Origin: Octopus vulgaris
Taxonomy: Eukaryota
NCBI GenBank assembly: GCA_951406725.2
Contig: OX597818.1
Span: 33,728,001-33,792,000 of the forward strand
DNA length: 64,000 nucleotides
Direction of reading: 5' to 3'
Both the position numbers and the translations under genes were made by a program. Below the pieces are notes generated by a model that did not search any database, had not been told where the DNA came from, and saw nothing but the letters and a program-made list of their open reading frames with translations. Positions 51,784 through 64,000 of this stretch are shown here, in pieces. How positions within the stretch are numbered: the first letter of the stretch is position 1; each line of letters opens with the position of its first letter.

Positions 51784-52717
51784 GTCACATTTTCAGAAAC
51801 TCTCCCTCTCATTCATTTCTTCTCTCTACCTTTCATTTTACACCAAGTCTGGTTGCTCTCACTTTCTTAAAAAATTCCTTAACGACTTTAAAGCTGGCAA
51901 TATATATTTAGAATAACATTTTGAGTCAACACACTTGTTGTAATGACCATATGAGCATAACCTCCAAAGTAAAATGGATATGTTTTCAACAAGTTATTTT
52001 CACGTCATGAAAATCCCCACGAAGCAGGGATTGCTCAGCAACAATTTCAATTCCAATAAATACACCGGAAATACTAAGGAGCAAATTGCATCGTTATCAA
52101 AATCAAAAATAACGTACGTGTGTGCGTGTTTAAATGCAGTAGAGCTAAACCGACATAGCAAAATAGAATCAGTAAAATAATAACAACCGTCAACCCGAAC
52201 ACTAGCTAAACAAATGCCATAGTTGCCAATAGAGTAAGAATAACTAACATCACCTTAAACAACTTTAACACAAAAGCCACCTTGAAACACCTTATAACTC
52301 ATACTAGCACAAACAACTATACTAGCAACATCAAAACTACTATCAAAATGGCATGTCGTACAAACAAAATTGTTTAAACAAACTACAAAATGTGTTCCAA
52401 TTTTTTTATATTTTTCAACGGTGAGATTTTGGCAATCAACAATGCCACTTCTGCCATGTTTTAAGTGCTAACCTGCAGGCAACTGGCATTAGATGAAAGT
52501 TCACAGCGAGAGGTCAAATGAAAATGAATGAAGCGACTTTTTTGTATTTTCTTTTTAAAACTTGAACAGCGTTTTGTTTTTCATTTTTTTTTTTTGTAGT
52601 TTTCCTATGATTTTCAATTGCAGCTTGTTTATCTCGGACGTAATTCAAAAGATTTGTGTTTGCATTGTTTCTGGAGGTTTTTCATGAAGCACCACACTCC
52701 ATCTTATCCTCTCTCTT

Positions 52718-52789
<72 letters not shown>

Positions 52790-53218
52790 TTTCTCCTTCC
52801 CTCGTACACATAAACACGCACATACAGAAGTGTAAGAGCGTAAGAAACACACGATAGTTATTGCCACAATTGCAAAAGAATCAATAATAAGGTGATGTTT
52901 TTCCTACAGTTGTAAATTGAATTAATATCGACAATAGAAGTTGGAATATTTATTAAGGCATCTAAAGGAAATCAAGTAATTGAAGTACGTATATATATAT
53001 ATATGTGTGTGTGTGTGTATCTGCGTGTGTGTATCTGTGTACACACGCATACACATATCCATATGTATATGTATGTGCATACCCATATGCATATGTGTAT
53101 GCTTGTACATACATAGATATGTACACGGATACATATTCATACACATATGTCTATCAAGCTATATTTCTCTCTATTTAAATAAATATTTATATCTGCATCT
53201 CTTTCTCTCACTTTATCT

Positions 53219-53288
<70 letters not shown>

Positions 53289-53429
53289 TCGTGCGTTTTT
53301 GCATACGGACGAGAGGAAAGGAACAGTGCACTTTATAGATTTTATATTATGAGGCACCTGATGAATCACTTCATTACTTCACAGAATCTGATGCACGTGT
53401 AAAGGTATATATAAGCTCGTTGAAGCAAT

Positions 53430-54790
53430 ATTTGGTAAATGATGTGTTGCTCAAACGATATTCATTGTTCGAGTACATTGCTTGCCAGAAACATTGTGAT
53501 TGCTAACTACACTTCTCTTATGGAAAGTAAACCAACGAGGCTCATCACATCAGTTGATTGCTGATCGACGGTATGAATAAAAGCTATCCAAGTGAAATTG
53601 TTTCTGATGACGACAGCGAAACAATATCTCAGACGTCTAGCTGTCTGATTAAGCAATATCGCCGGATAATTTAATATCTAGGACGTTTCTGTTCTTCATA
53701 GTCTATACTTTCAGGATATAAATTATCATTGTCCATGACATTACATATTATAATACATTTATATCCGCGGCATATAAATATCAATACGAAATGTACTGGA
53801 ATTAGATTGCTTCCTCTCTTTTGGTCTGAGAGTAAGTTTTGTTTATATACGCTCTCGAAATATATTCGCATTGTCTCGAATAATTTCTTTCTATTACATC
53901 CAATGATGTTGAAATGCTTTGCATATCTTTGTTTTGTAAAATCAAGATCTTTTATGTGGGCAAGTTGATATTTTATTAAGCTACATGTTGGCTGTTGGAA
54001 TGAAGGTGATCAATGTGTACGATTTCGCTTCTGGTGTGAGATTTCGAGAACAAATGGTTTATGTAGAATTAGGTGACCTTAACGCTATTATGTATGGGCG
54101 GATAATGTATTACTGGACTTAAACAATTCTTCGTTACAATATTAGCTATATTAATGTTGTTTAATTGATCAAACAAGATTACCTCCTGGGTTTGCTATAA
54201 TACAGGGGATGCTCCTGGTATGCTACATTTTCGCAACTCTACTTGTAGACATTGCAGCAATAAGGAACACCCTGTTTAAAATGCCCAAGTTTGAGGCTGT
54301 AAATTTCCAATTATAATTGTAAGATGGAAATAGAGGTACAATATTCTTTAATTAAATCTGGAACATAGAAGATCTGTGTATTTAAATTATGTCTTTTCTT
54401 TACTGTGGGTTTTGTATTAGCTAATAGTTTTAATCTGGTATCACAGCTAAAATGTTTACTATACTAAATATAGTCACGTTTGATTCATATTTGTATATTC
54501 TTGTTAAATCCTCTCTAATTATCGTAGTTTCCTGTTAGATCCTCTCCCTTTTCTAATTGGATGATAATCCTCATTTCTTTCAGGATAAATACCTCAAGAA
54601 TATACTTTAATTCACTTTTGGAGGAGTTGACCAGTATTTCGAGATCTGAAAGAAAATTGTCTTCTGACCATTGTGATTATTTGTGTTTCCTCATCACGAT
54701 GCGCTCTTTTACTTTTAGCTTCAGAGATAGTCCCGAGTTTACGGTATTATAGGCAGTTGGATCGTTATTTATATGTTTCTATGTTTTAGT
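53430..54790 (-). mobile_element. Possible highly decayed Penelope-like element (RT to GIY-YIG region)
   Basis: Minus-strand remnants in the expected order: KYILEVFIL (~RYIDDIFI), YK/KPT, LIKEYCT (~LA.RICT), NLI...ICRG (~NLIY.I.C.GC). Many stops; weak. Confidence 0.4.
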
Positions 54791-54827
54791 AATGTTATAA
54801 GATAACATTATATATATATATATATAT

Positions 54828-54930
54828 CATCGTCATCATCGTCGTCGTCGTTTAACGTTCGTTTACCATGTTGGCATGGGTTGGGCGGTTTGACCGAGCG
54901 CTGGCAAGCCAGAAGGCTGCGCTAGGCTCT
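54828..54930 (-). mobile_element. 3' tail fragment of a SINE or LINE ending in (GAT/GAC)n
   Basis: CATCATCGTCGTCGTCGTTTAACGTTCGTTTACCATGTTGGCATGGGTTGGGCGGTTTGAC. Confidence 0.55.
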
Positions 54931-55720
54931 AATCATTGGCTATCCCATCTACCTTTTTATTTATCAGACATAAACTTTCTAAAACTCCTGCATCCGGTGC
55001 ATTTTCCTTCTTTTTGAAACAATAACGTACAATTTGAAGATTTAACAGCTATTTCCGTCACGTCGGATGGGACACCAGAATGGGACTGCCTACCTGACTC
55101 AATATTATACTATTAAAACAAGATAGATACGGAAAACGATATGAAGGAATTGTAGTTTGGCGATAAACGGGGATACACAAATTTAAAGAATGCTAAAATT
55201 ATTTTATTCGTTAGTCAGAATTACTATGTGCACGGTATGCATTTCAAAAGATATTTAAACGTTCTATGGAACGTCTATTCCTACCGAAGAATTATGCATT
55301 CGGTTCGTAATTCTTTACATAAAACATGTAGGAACGACTGACCCACCGATCGATAGGTCACAAACGTAAAATTCTCTGCCTTCAGGAACTACGTATTCAG
55401 AAGTGCAATGTTTAGATATAGTTTTATCTGTTTCTAGTGACTTCACTCTCGTGAAATGTCGCCCAGAGCTACAAGTTTTTCACATTCCGGGAATTGGTTT
55501 TCTTTGACTTTTTTTATGCAAATGATAAAGAAAGAAAGGTTGAGAGAAAGAGAGAGAGGAAGAAGTAACGACATGATATATATATATGTGTGTGTGTGGG
55601 TGTGTATGTATGTATGTATGTATGTATGTATGTATGTATGTATGTATACAGAGAGAAATAGAGAGATGCAAAAATAGAAAGAAAGACATGGAGAGCGCCT
55701 CCTGCAACACATTAATGTAT

Positions 55721-55809
<89 letters not shown>

Positions 55810-55813
<4 letters not shown>

Positions 55814-56212
55814 TACTTATTTCTGTCATTTGACTTCGGCCATGCTGGAGAACGGCCTTTAGTCGAATAAATCGACCCCAGGACTTATTCTTTGTAAGAT
55901 TAGTACTTTGCTATCGGTTCTTTTCGCCGAATCGCTAAGTTACGGGAACGTAAATACAACAACATCGGTTGTCAAACGATGGTGAGTGGGACAAACACAG
56001 ACACAAATACATACATTCCAGCGTGTCCGCAGTCAAATGGCTAAAACAAATAAAAGAATAAAAGAAAAATACAACGAGCTTCTTTTAGTTTCCGTCTACC
56101 AAATCCACTCACAAGGCTTTGGTCGACCCGAGGCTCTTGTAGGTGCTACACAGTGGGACCGAATCCGGAACCATGTGGTTGGGAAATAACCTTCTCACCA
56201 CAAAACCACTCC
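55810..56212 (-). mobile_element. CORE-type SINE containing an inverted piece of its own tail (~56017-56068)
   Basis: Family match; internal plus-strand CCAGCGTGTCCGCAGTCAAATGGCTAAAACAAATAAAAGA. Confidence 0.82.
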
Positions 56213-56249
56213 TATATATATATATATATGGGCATTTGTGTGTATGTGT

Positions 56250-56332
<83 letters not shown>

Positions 56333-57208
56333 GAATGCAATGGAAGAAAAACACAATAGTGGACAATAAAAGTTCCGGACAGATGGACGATACAAAGCGG
56401 ACAGGAAAATCAACAATTAGAGGCATAGGAAAAAAAAAAAGCAAGGGGCGTTTGTGGCTGTATTTCGTCAGTCAAGTTACCAGATGTCTCAACAGTTTCG
56501 GGCAGTATACAGAGTTTTCCTCTCGCTACTTTGCTCTCCTTGGCTATAAAATTTCTTTTATTTATTTCAGTCTTCATTAGACTATACAGTTGTATGGAAG
56601 AAACATAATTATGAAACTCCACAGTGAAGTCCAAAATAAACTCACTTAGAGAAATTAAATAAATATCATCAGCTAACCTTTTGCCCGCAGCATTCAAAGA
56701 AAAATAGCCCATTCCCTCACCTTCACCTTTTGAAAAAAGACAGCCTGGTTAATCAACATTTCTTCAATCTTAAAAGACAGCAGCAAGTGTTATTCTAATT
56801 GCAGCCGAAAGCAATTTGAATCTTGCATTTAATTAGAATAGCTGAAAGATGTGGAAATGTAATCGTCAAGTCCTTGATAAATTCTTCCGAAACAAAAGGA
56901 TGAACTTAGCTTGTCAATATAATTCGACCTTCAGTTGAGAAATTAATGCATTCCTAGTCAAGCGTAAATTATTGTAAATTGTGTTTTTCTGTTAATTTCT
57001 CTTAAAAGTGCAGTGTACCAACGCTAGCATATATGCATTATTTTTTTTTTATTTCCGAGATTCATTTAAAACTTTTTCCCCGGTAAATAATGATCTACAT
57101 TCAAAAATCTAGGTTAAATCATCGAAAGCGCAACAGCATCATCTAGCTTGTCATGTATTGATGTATGTATTTCATTATGTATTTCAGCCTGAAGGTTGTG
57201 GCCATGCC

Positions 57209-57471
57209 GTATGTATGTATGTATGTATGTATGTATGTATGTATGTATGTATGTATGTATGTATGTATGTATGTATGTATGTATGTATGTGTGTATGTAT
57301 GCATGTATGTATGTATGTGTGTGTGTATGTATGTATGTATGAATGTATGTGTATGTATGTATGTATGTATGTATGTATGTGTGTATGTATGTGTGTATGT
57401 ATGTATGTATGTGTGTATGTATGTATGTATGTATGTATGTATGTATGTATGTATGCATGTATGTATGTATG

Positions 57472-57505
<34 letters not shown>

Positions 57506-57856
57506 TGTATGTATGTATGTATGTATGTATGTATGTATGTATGCATGTATGTGCAGATTTGTATGTTTTATGTTCGTATTCTCATGCACATAGTGGCATA
57601 TCTAGACATGTTCATGTATGTATGTATAAGTGCCATTATTCATTTTTATTTCAAGATTTCTTGCCGATAGAGAAAGACTCGGTTTCTAACCTAGATCCAA
57701 GGCTCCTTCATTGAAATTTCAACATCAACAACAGGATATTTGCATCTCTATGTATGTATGTATGTATGTATGTATGTATGTATGTATGTATGTATGTATG
57801 TATGTATGCATGTATGTATGTATGTATGTATGCATGTATGTATGTATGTATGTATA
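57209..57856. repeat. (TATG)n microsatellite field with inserted fragments
   Basis: Direct reading. Confidence 0.93.
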
Positions 57857-58182
57857 TGTGCAAATTTGTATGTTTTGCTTTGTGTATATATTCCCATGCA
57901 TATAGTTGCAGATCTAGACATGCTCATATATATTTAAATGATGAACTTCTGGAAAGTTTTCCAGACTGTTACAGTTCCAGTGACGGAGTGGATCTGTAGT
58001 CCTCGAATCAGATTTTTCCTTTCTGGTTTTGAGAATCCTAATTTCTCACTATTGATATTTAGGCAATGTATCTCTGGGCGATAATCACTACAGGAATATA
58101 CCAGAACTTGTTGTCTGGATAGAGTAACTGCAGGTTTCCCAATAGTTCAGAGTGGGTAATATTTTTTCACTGACTTTCAGAT
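57855..58182 (-). mobile_element. 3' fragment of a restriction-endonuclease-type non-LTR retrotransposon within (CATA)n
   Basis: Frameshifted KVSEK / ELLGNLQLLYPDNKFWYIPVVI / HCLNINSEKLGFSKPERKNLIRGLQIHSVTGTVTVWKTFQKFII* resembles RLE C-termini (EK...Y..L...P++IGALG...LQ....GT). Its 3' UTR is repeated at ~57548-57615. Confidence 0.7.
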
Positions 58183-58348
58183 TTTATGTATGTATGTTTG
58201 TATGTAATGCATGCATGTATACATGTATGTATATATGTATGGATGGGTGGAGGGAGAGAGGGAGGGATAGATGTATGCATACATGCCTGCATGTATGTAT
58301 GCATGCGCCCATGTATGTATATATATGTATGTTATGTATGTATATATA

Positions 58349-58745
58349 CTCTTTTACTTGTTTCAGTCATTTGACTGCGGCCATGCTGGAGCACCACCTT
58401 TAATCGAGCAACTCGACCCCCAGGACTGATTCTTTGTAAGCCCAGTACTTATTCTATCGGTCTCTTTTGCCGAACCGCTAAGTGACGGGGACATAAACAC
58501 ACCAGCATCAGTTGTCAAGCAATGCTACGGGGACAAACACAGACACACAAACACATACATACATATACATATACACATATATACGACGGGCTTCTTTCAG
58601 TTTCCGTCTACCAAATCCACTCAGAAGGCTTTGGTCGCCCGAGGCTATAGTAGAAGACACTTGCCCAGGGTGCCGCGCAGTGGGACTGAACCCAGAACCA
58701 TGTGGTTCGTAAACAAGCTACTTACCACACAGCCACTCCTGCGCC
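58349..58745 (-). mobile_element. Full-length CORE-type tRNA SINE
   Basis: Reverse complement of 49383-49810, with CORE-like GCACCCTGGGCAAGTGTCTT. Confidence 0.93.
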
Positions 58746-59085
58746 TATATGTGTGTATCTATAAACATACCATGATAGCAGGTATATCATTTGTGTGTAA
58801 ATGTGCATATGTTGAAGTAATATGAATACATATGCGTGATTTCTTTCCATAATTGTGAATATATACATACTACGGGCTAAATTCTGCAATCTTTTACGGT
58901 ATTTTTCTAAATGTTCTTTCTGATGATGGCAAGCTCACATTCTGACAGTTGCTGCTGATAGAGTTAATTACATAATTGAATGCTTCGATAATCGCAATTA
59001 TCAACTAAATGTCGGTTTGTAAAATATAAAGACTATGCATTATAGATGTTATATTTATTGAACAATAAAGAGTAAAATAGATACA

Positions 59086-59275
59086 TAAGTAAGTAGGTAG
59101 GTAGGTAGGTAGGTAGGTAGGTAAGTAGGTAGGTAGGTAGGTAGGTAGGTAGGTAGGTAGGTAGGTAGGTAGGTAGGTAGGTAGGTAGGTTGGATGGATG
59201 AATGGATGGATTTATGAATGGATTGATGTATGGATGGATGGATTGATGGATGGATGGATGGATGGATGGATGGGC
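59086..59275. repeat. (GGTA)n(GGAT)n microsatellite
   Basis: Direct reading. Confidence 0.95.
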
Positions 59276-61266
59276 GGACGGAGAGACAGCCAGTCGACGG
59301 TCATTTCAAAGTTTCATTGATCTTGTCTTATCAAAAAGTTTAAATATTATGAACAGATAAGACGGCGATGAACCTGATAATACTCAAAACAAAGATAGCT
59401 TCGCAAAACGCCGTCGTTGATGCACTGTTCGTGAAACAAAGAGAACGGATTGTTCACGAATTGAACTCTTTTATAGATAATAGTATTTAATAATATTAAG
59501 AAAAGTTTTTGCCTACTAACTAATTGGAATATCTTATTGATCGAATTTTTCCCACTCATTTTGCCTACATATTTGTTCACAGCAAGTAGAATACTCCCCT
59601 GACATACTCTCCCTCGTCCATAGTCATAATTAGTTTCACTGTACTGTATCTATATTTGTCTGTATTCATAATCTCTAGGACTTGCTTACAGCGAACTTGT
59701 TTCACAGGGGATGTCTGATGTGACCAAAGTATGTTTGCTATTTTCATCATTTGTCTTTAGATGCAAGATCGTTTCCTACCTGCATCGTGTATATTGTCCA
59801 AAAATAACATCGAATTGATTTTGTTTCAGTTATCTCACTTGGTAGTTGTTATAAGATTTTATACCCACCTCGTGAGTATTTCTGTCTGCTGACCTCTTGT
59901 CAGTTGAACAATTTCTTTTCGGCACACTACCTTAAATGTGCAAGATCCTATGGCCTATTTATTATATGATGTCTAATCAGAGCTGACCTAGGTATAAATA
60001 ACAACAACATTAGGTATAATAATGAATGTGTTTTCTTAATCACCGATCAGTCAGAGAAACAATCCTTCCTCGCTGAATTCGGTTTTGTATATTTTATTCC
60101 TCTATATTTAAGAGGGTAAAGTGAAATTTGACGAAGAATCGCCCGCTATTCTTTTCGAGTCGAATGATCGCAAAGGGACTATTTCATTGGCCCATGTTTG
60201 ATTTTGGTGAGAAACTAGAAGTATAGTTCGGCTGAAGTGCGTATAGAAGCTATGCACCTAAAATATCATAAAGCAGAGCGAACGGCAAAGCAGAAATAAA
60301 ATTCCTGTTCGCACTGAACATCTGAACTACACACATTCTGTAGTTCTAAATTGAATCTTATTTTGCACTTCGCATTCTCTCATTTCTTTTACGCTCATAG
60401 CATTTTACACTCTTTTATTCTTATAATGCATTTTCTTCACCGACAAAGAAAATCATTCGCATTATTGATCTATACAGCAGTTCACAGCTTATCATCATCA
60501 CCATCATAACAAACATGTACTACTTCACTAGATGTAAGTACCACACTGAAATCACTCTTGAATTTAATAAACTAATGAAACCGAAAGCGACAACGAATTG
60601 ATATTTTCAGAGCGTAATGGGCAAGATAGTTTTATGCTGATCTACCGTTTCTGAAAATATTCAACTATTAAGGTAGCATATAACTTCAAATAATAATACA
60701 CTAAATTAACTGTCTTCGTTAATGAATAGAGCTGTACTACATCAACTTTTCATTAATTTTATAAATTGGCATCAACATATTACACTAAATTTCCATAAAA
60801 TATTTTCCAATTCGGTACTATATCGATTTGTTTTGAAATTCTCATAAAATTTTAATTAGTAGTTATGTCTTAAAGACTATTAATTCCGTATCAAGTTTTG
60901 GTGGATATATCCAATTATATGTTTAATGTATGTGTTTTCTGAAGCTGTTAATAATGCTATTTGAAATTATATCTATAGTAGTTTTTTAAATTTTTTATGT
61001 TATGCTGTCTCAGTTGAATAAGAACTGATGAGTTGTGGTCATACAGTACACTCCTAACCAGACAATATTTGGATAATTCTTATTCGGCTTATATTTGTGT
61101 TGAACTTATAGCCAAGAAACTTTACTGGTAATTGCTAGTGAGTGATACAATATTTAATGCAATGAACGTTAAGAAGAAAGCGAGCTACAAAATGAAAACA
61201 TGGTATAAAAAACCGTAAGATAACAACTCATATTATTCACATTATTTTCGGGGGGAGGGGAGACTA

Positions 61267-61308
61267 CTCCAGATATGTTTCGGTATTATTCTGATCTCAT
61301 CAGCGAAG
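61267..61308 (-). ncRNA. Minimal type I hammerhead motif, intact core, weakened stems
   Basis: Minus strand: CUUCG-CUGAUGA-GAUCAGAAUAAUACC-GAAA-CAUAU-C-UGGAG. Confidence 0.55.
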
Positions 61309-61634
61309 AAATATATTTTATTTATATTTTCAGAAGTGACTCAATAGTTGTTAAATAAATGTGATTGTTCATCGGTTGCTTTGTGAATACATAATTCAGT
61401 GACAACATCTCGTGAAAAGTAAGAATTAAATTAATGTTTATATATTTAGTACATGGAGAAGGAAAAGTTTAACTAAACTTATGAGTTGAGGAAAAGCGAA
61501 TATTAATCAAGAGATATTAATATATAGCAATTACGGGAGAGAGAATTCCAGTCATATTTCGATTTGATTCGGACTTACCTGTGTTTATATACGTACCAAT
61601 TTCAGAATAAAACGTGACGATTGTTTAAGCTGTG

Positions 61635-61770
61635 TTAAGATCAATGAACCTTCATTGATCTTGACCTTCGTTGGTTAAGATCAATGATCATTTGTTAAGA
61701 TCAATGAACCTTCATTGATCTTCACTGAACCTTCATCTATGGATTAAAATCGATATTCTGCTCTCTAAAA
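61635..61770. repeat. Duplicated perfect 12-bp-arm palindrome, with a related single copy at 63064-63125
   Basis: AAGATCAATGAA-CC-TTCATTGATCTT at 61637-61662 and 61697-61722. Confidence 0.9.
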
Positions 61771-61944
61771 ATTCAGCGTTTATTATTTGTGTTAATTACC
61801 CATGCGAAAACTATGCACAGGAAAACGACTGACATTGTGTTTAGAAAGACACATTCTCTAATGCTTCATCATCTAGAATTAATATACGGGCTAGTAACAA
61901 GTGGAAACTGTAAATAGAGTTTAATATTTCCGAAAAAAAAAAGT

Positions 61945-62500
61945 CGAATCGTTAGCACTTCAGGCAAAATGCCAAGTGGTAGTTCGCCTGTTGTTCTGAT
62001 TTCAAATTCCGCCGAAGTCGACTTTGCCATTCATTCTTGCGGAGTCGAAATAATAAGTACCGGTTGAGTATTTGAATTCAATATTTTTGCAAAAATCAAG
62101 GCGACAAGCTGGCAGAGTCTTTAGCATGCAGGAATAAATGCTAGCGAGATATCCTCCGTCTTTGCGTTGTGAGTTCAGATTCTGCCAAAGTCGACTTTGC
62201 CTTTCGAGTTCGATAAGTACTAATTGAGCACTGGAATAGATTTAATCGATTTGGCCCCTTTCCGAAAACAGCTGGCTTTGTATCAAAAATTTGATATATT
62301 TCTGCAATAATGAAGGCGACAATCTGACAGAATGGTGAGCGCGCCATGCAAAATGTCTAGCTGTATTTCGTTCGCCTTTACGTTCTGAGTTCAAATTCAG
62401 TCGAGGTCGACTTTGCCTTTCATCCTTTCGGGGTCTATAAAATAAGAGCACTGGGATCAATGTAACTGACTTACCCGCTTCTTAAAATGCTGGCATTCTG
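61945..62500 (+). mobile_element. Three decayed Meta-domain-like SINE copies
   Basis: GTCGACTTTGCC motif three times; AAGGCGACAA heads. Confidence 0.8.
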
Positions 62501-63874
62501 TCACATATTTCTACAAAAATCTCAGATTAAGTAGTTAATATAAGTATTACTTATCTAACCATGGAATTTATATAGGGTCTATCTACACTGAAAAATATAG
62601 CCAAAAGCGAAATTTTGAATTTAGTTCCTAGAGTTAATAGGAATTTCGAGAAGTTAGTTGCTTGTGAACGTTTTAGTATGGATATCACTATCATTCATTC
62701 AAAACGAAAATAGCATCGTATTACAGATCTGTGAAAAATTTAATATACTGTCACTAAAGCGATGCGAAACCACTACAAAACTACTATAGTACTTCAGTTT
62801 CCATTGTACCAAGTTGAGAACACTTAATTAACATCAACCATTACCTGAGTATTCCACGTTGTCAATTATTCACGAACCGAAATACAAAGAACTGCGACTT
62901 TCTTCTGAGGATTCTTCATAAATTTAATTAAATAGACGCGCACTAACATTTGTGTATATTTAGCACACTGAAGCAAATTGATTCATCAGTAAGATGCTGG
63001 AGATCTATAGTGTCAGTATCTGATGTTGAAGAACATCCCTAAAGGGCAAATACTACTGCTCTATTAAGATCAATGAGTCTTCATTAGACCACCTATGGAT
63101 TAAAATCGATATTCTGCTTTCTAAATCCAAAACTAATGCGTTTCTCTGCCCCCAAGAATTATACATCAAACGTCTATTGTGAATTTGACAAGTGGTTTTG
63201 GATAGGAATGGTAACAAAATCATTAACAATTTCGTGTTGCATTCTCAGAAATATAAACTATTTTAGATTCCTATGTGTGCACTCTATGTAGTGTTGACAG
63301 CACAAGAGTGAGAGAAAATATAAGTTGCAATAAAATAGTGATGACGAAAGGCAAACTAATATACAGCAGAGTTCTTTGCAATGAAATAGCAACAATCTCT
63401 TGTCAGCATTTTTGGGGATATACTTTTGAAACGACGGGCAATTACCAGGTAATTTGAAAATTTTCTTTCCTTGTGCATACAAATTGCATTCAGCGGTGGA
63501 AATATCTGATCGCCGAAACATACGCGCAAGCGCATCATTCACACACTTTCACGCATGTATACACATAGAGAAAGAGATATAGACACACATATTTCTTTCT
63601 ATACTTGATAAACATTTCATATAAATACACCAGTACTTGGCAGTAATAATATATAAATGAAGTTCTGTCTACGATGGATACACCGGTATATATATTCATA
63701 TGTATATATATATATAGTAAGGGAGAGAAAGGGAGAGATACATAGAGATTGTAGACAACATATATGTGTGTGTGTGCGTGTTTGTGTGTGTATGTGTGTG
63801 TGTGCTTGTGTGTGTGTGCTTGTGTGTGTGTGTGCGTGCGTGTTTGTGTGTGCGTGTGTGTAGGTATGTATTTG

Positions 63875-64000
63875 TGTGTCTGTGTTTGTTCCTTCCACAT
63901 CACTTGACAACCGATGTTAGTGCGTTTATGTCCCCGACACTTAGCAGTTCTGGAAATTAGACCGATAGAATAAGAACTAAGTTAACAAAGAAAAATTCCT
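63875..64000 (+). mobile_element. Partial CORE-type SINE running off the window end
   Basis: CACTTGACAACCGATG...ACCGATAGAATAAG. Confidence 0.75.

Noticed and set aside
53595-53630. CTGATGA...GAAAC hammerhead-like string
   Set aside because: No stem II closing pair and no room for stem I.
53920-53950. FYKTKICKAF resembling a CCCH zinc-finger start
   Set aside because: The remaining Cys/His residues are absent and a stop follows; it lies within a probable decayed TE.
61573-61581. Perfect CAG|GTAAGT splice donor on the minus strand
   Set aside because: No matching acceptor or coding frame identified; such 9-mers can occur by chance.

Overview
AT-rich, microsatellite-saturated eukaryotic DNA that looks intergenic or deep-intronic. 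I could not support any host protein-coding exon. The tRNA-derived SINE families and the repeat landscape point to an octopod cephalopod (inference). Almost all ORF-track entries are translations of simple repeats. The real content is transposable elements: three or more tRNA-SINE groups (CORE-type and Meta-domain types), R4/Dong-type restriction-endonuclease LINE fragments inside microsatellites, two CR1-type LINE fragments, a probable decayed Penelope-like element, non-autonomous Helitrons, hAT and Tc1/mariner MITEs, a Tc1/mariner transposase remnant, a TIR element carrying telomeric repeats, and a decayed 28S rRNA fragment. The standout signal is a set of about nine type I hammerhead-ribozyme motifs (stem I-CUGANGA-stem II-GAAA-short, often palindromic stem III-UH-stem I). 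Most lie in short (~300-400 nt) non-coding units next to (TA)n tracts, and several units occur as inverted and circularly permuted copies. This is the architecture of retrozyme-like or Penelope pseudo-LTR elements. Most copies carry inactivating substitutions; the copy at 4936-5009 keeps an intact catalytic core. All alignments, translations and folds were done by eye, and coordinates of decayed elements are approximate.
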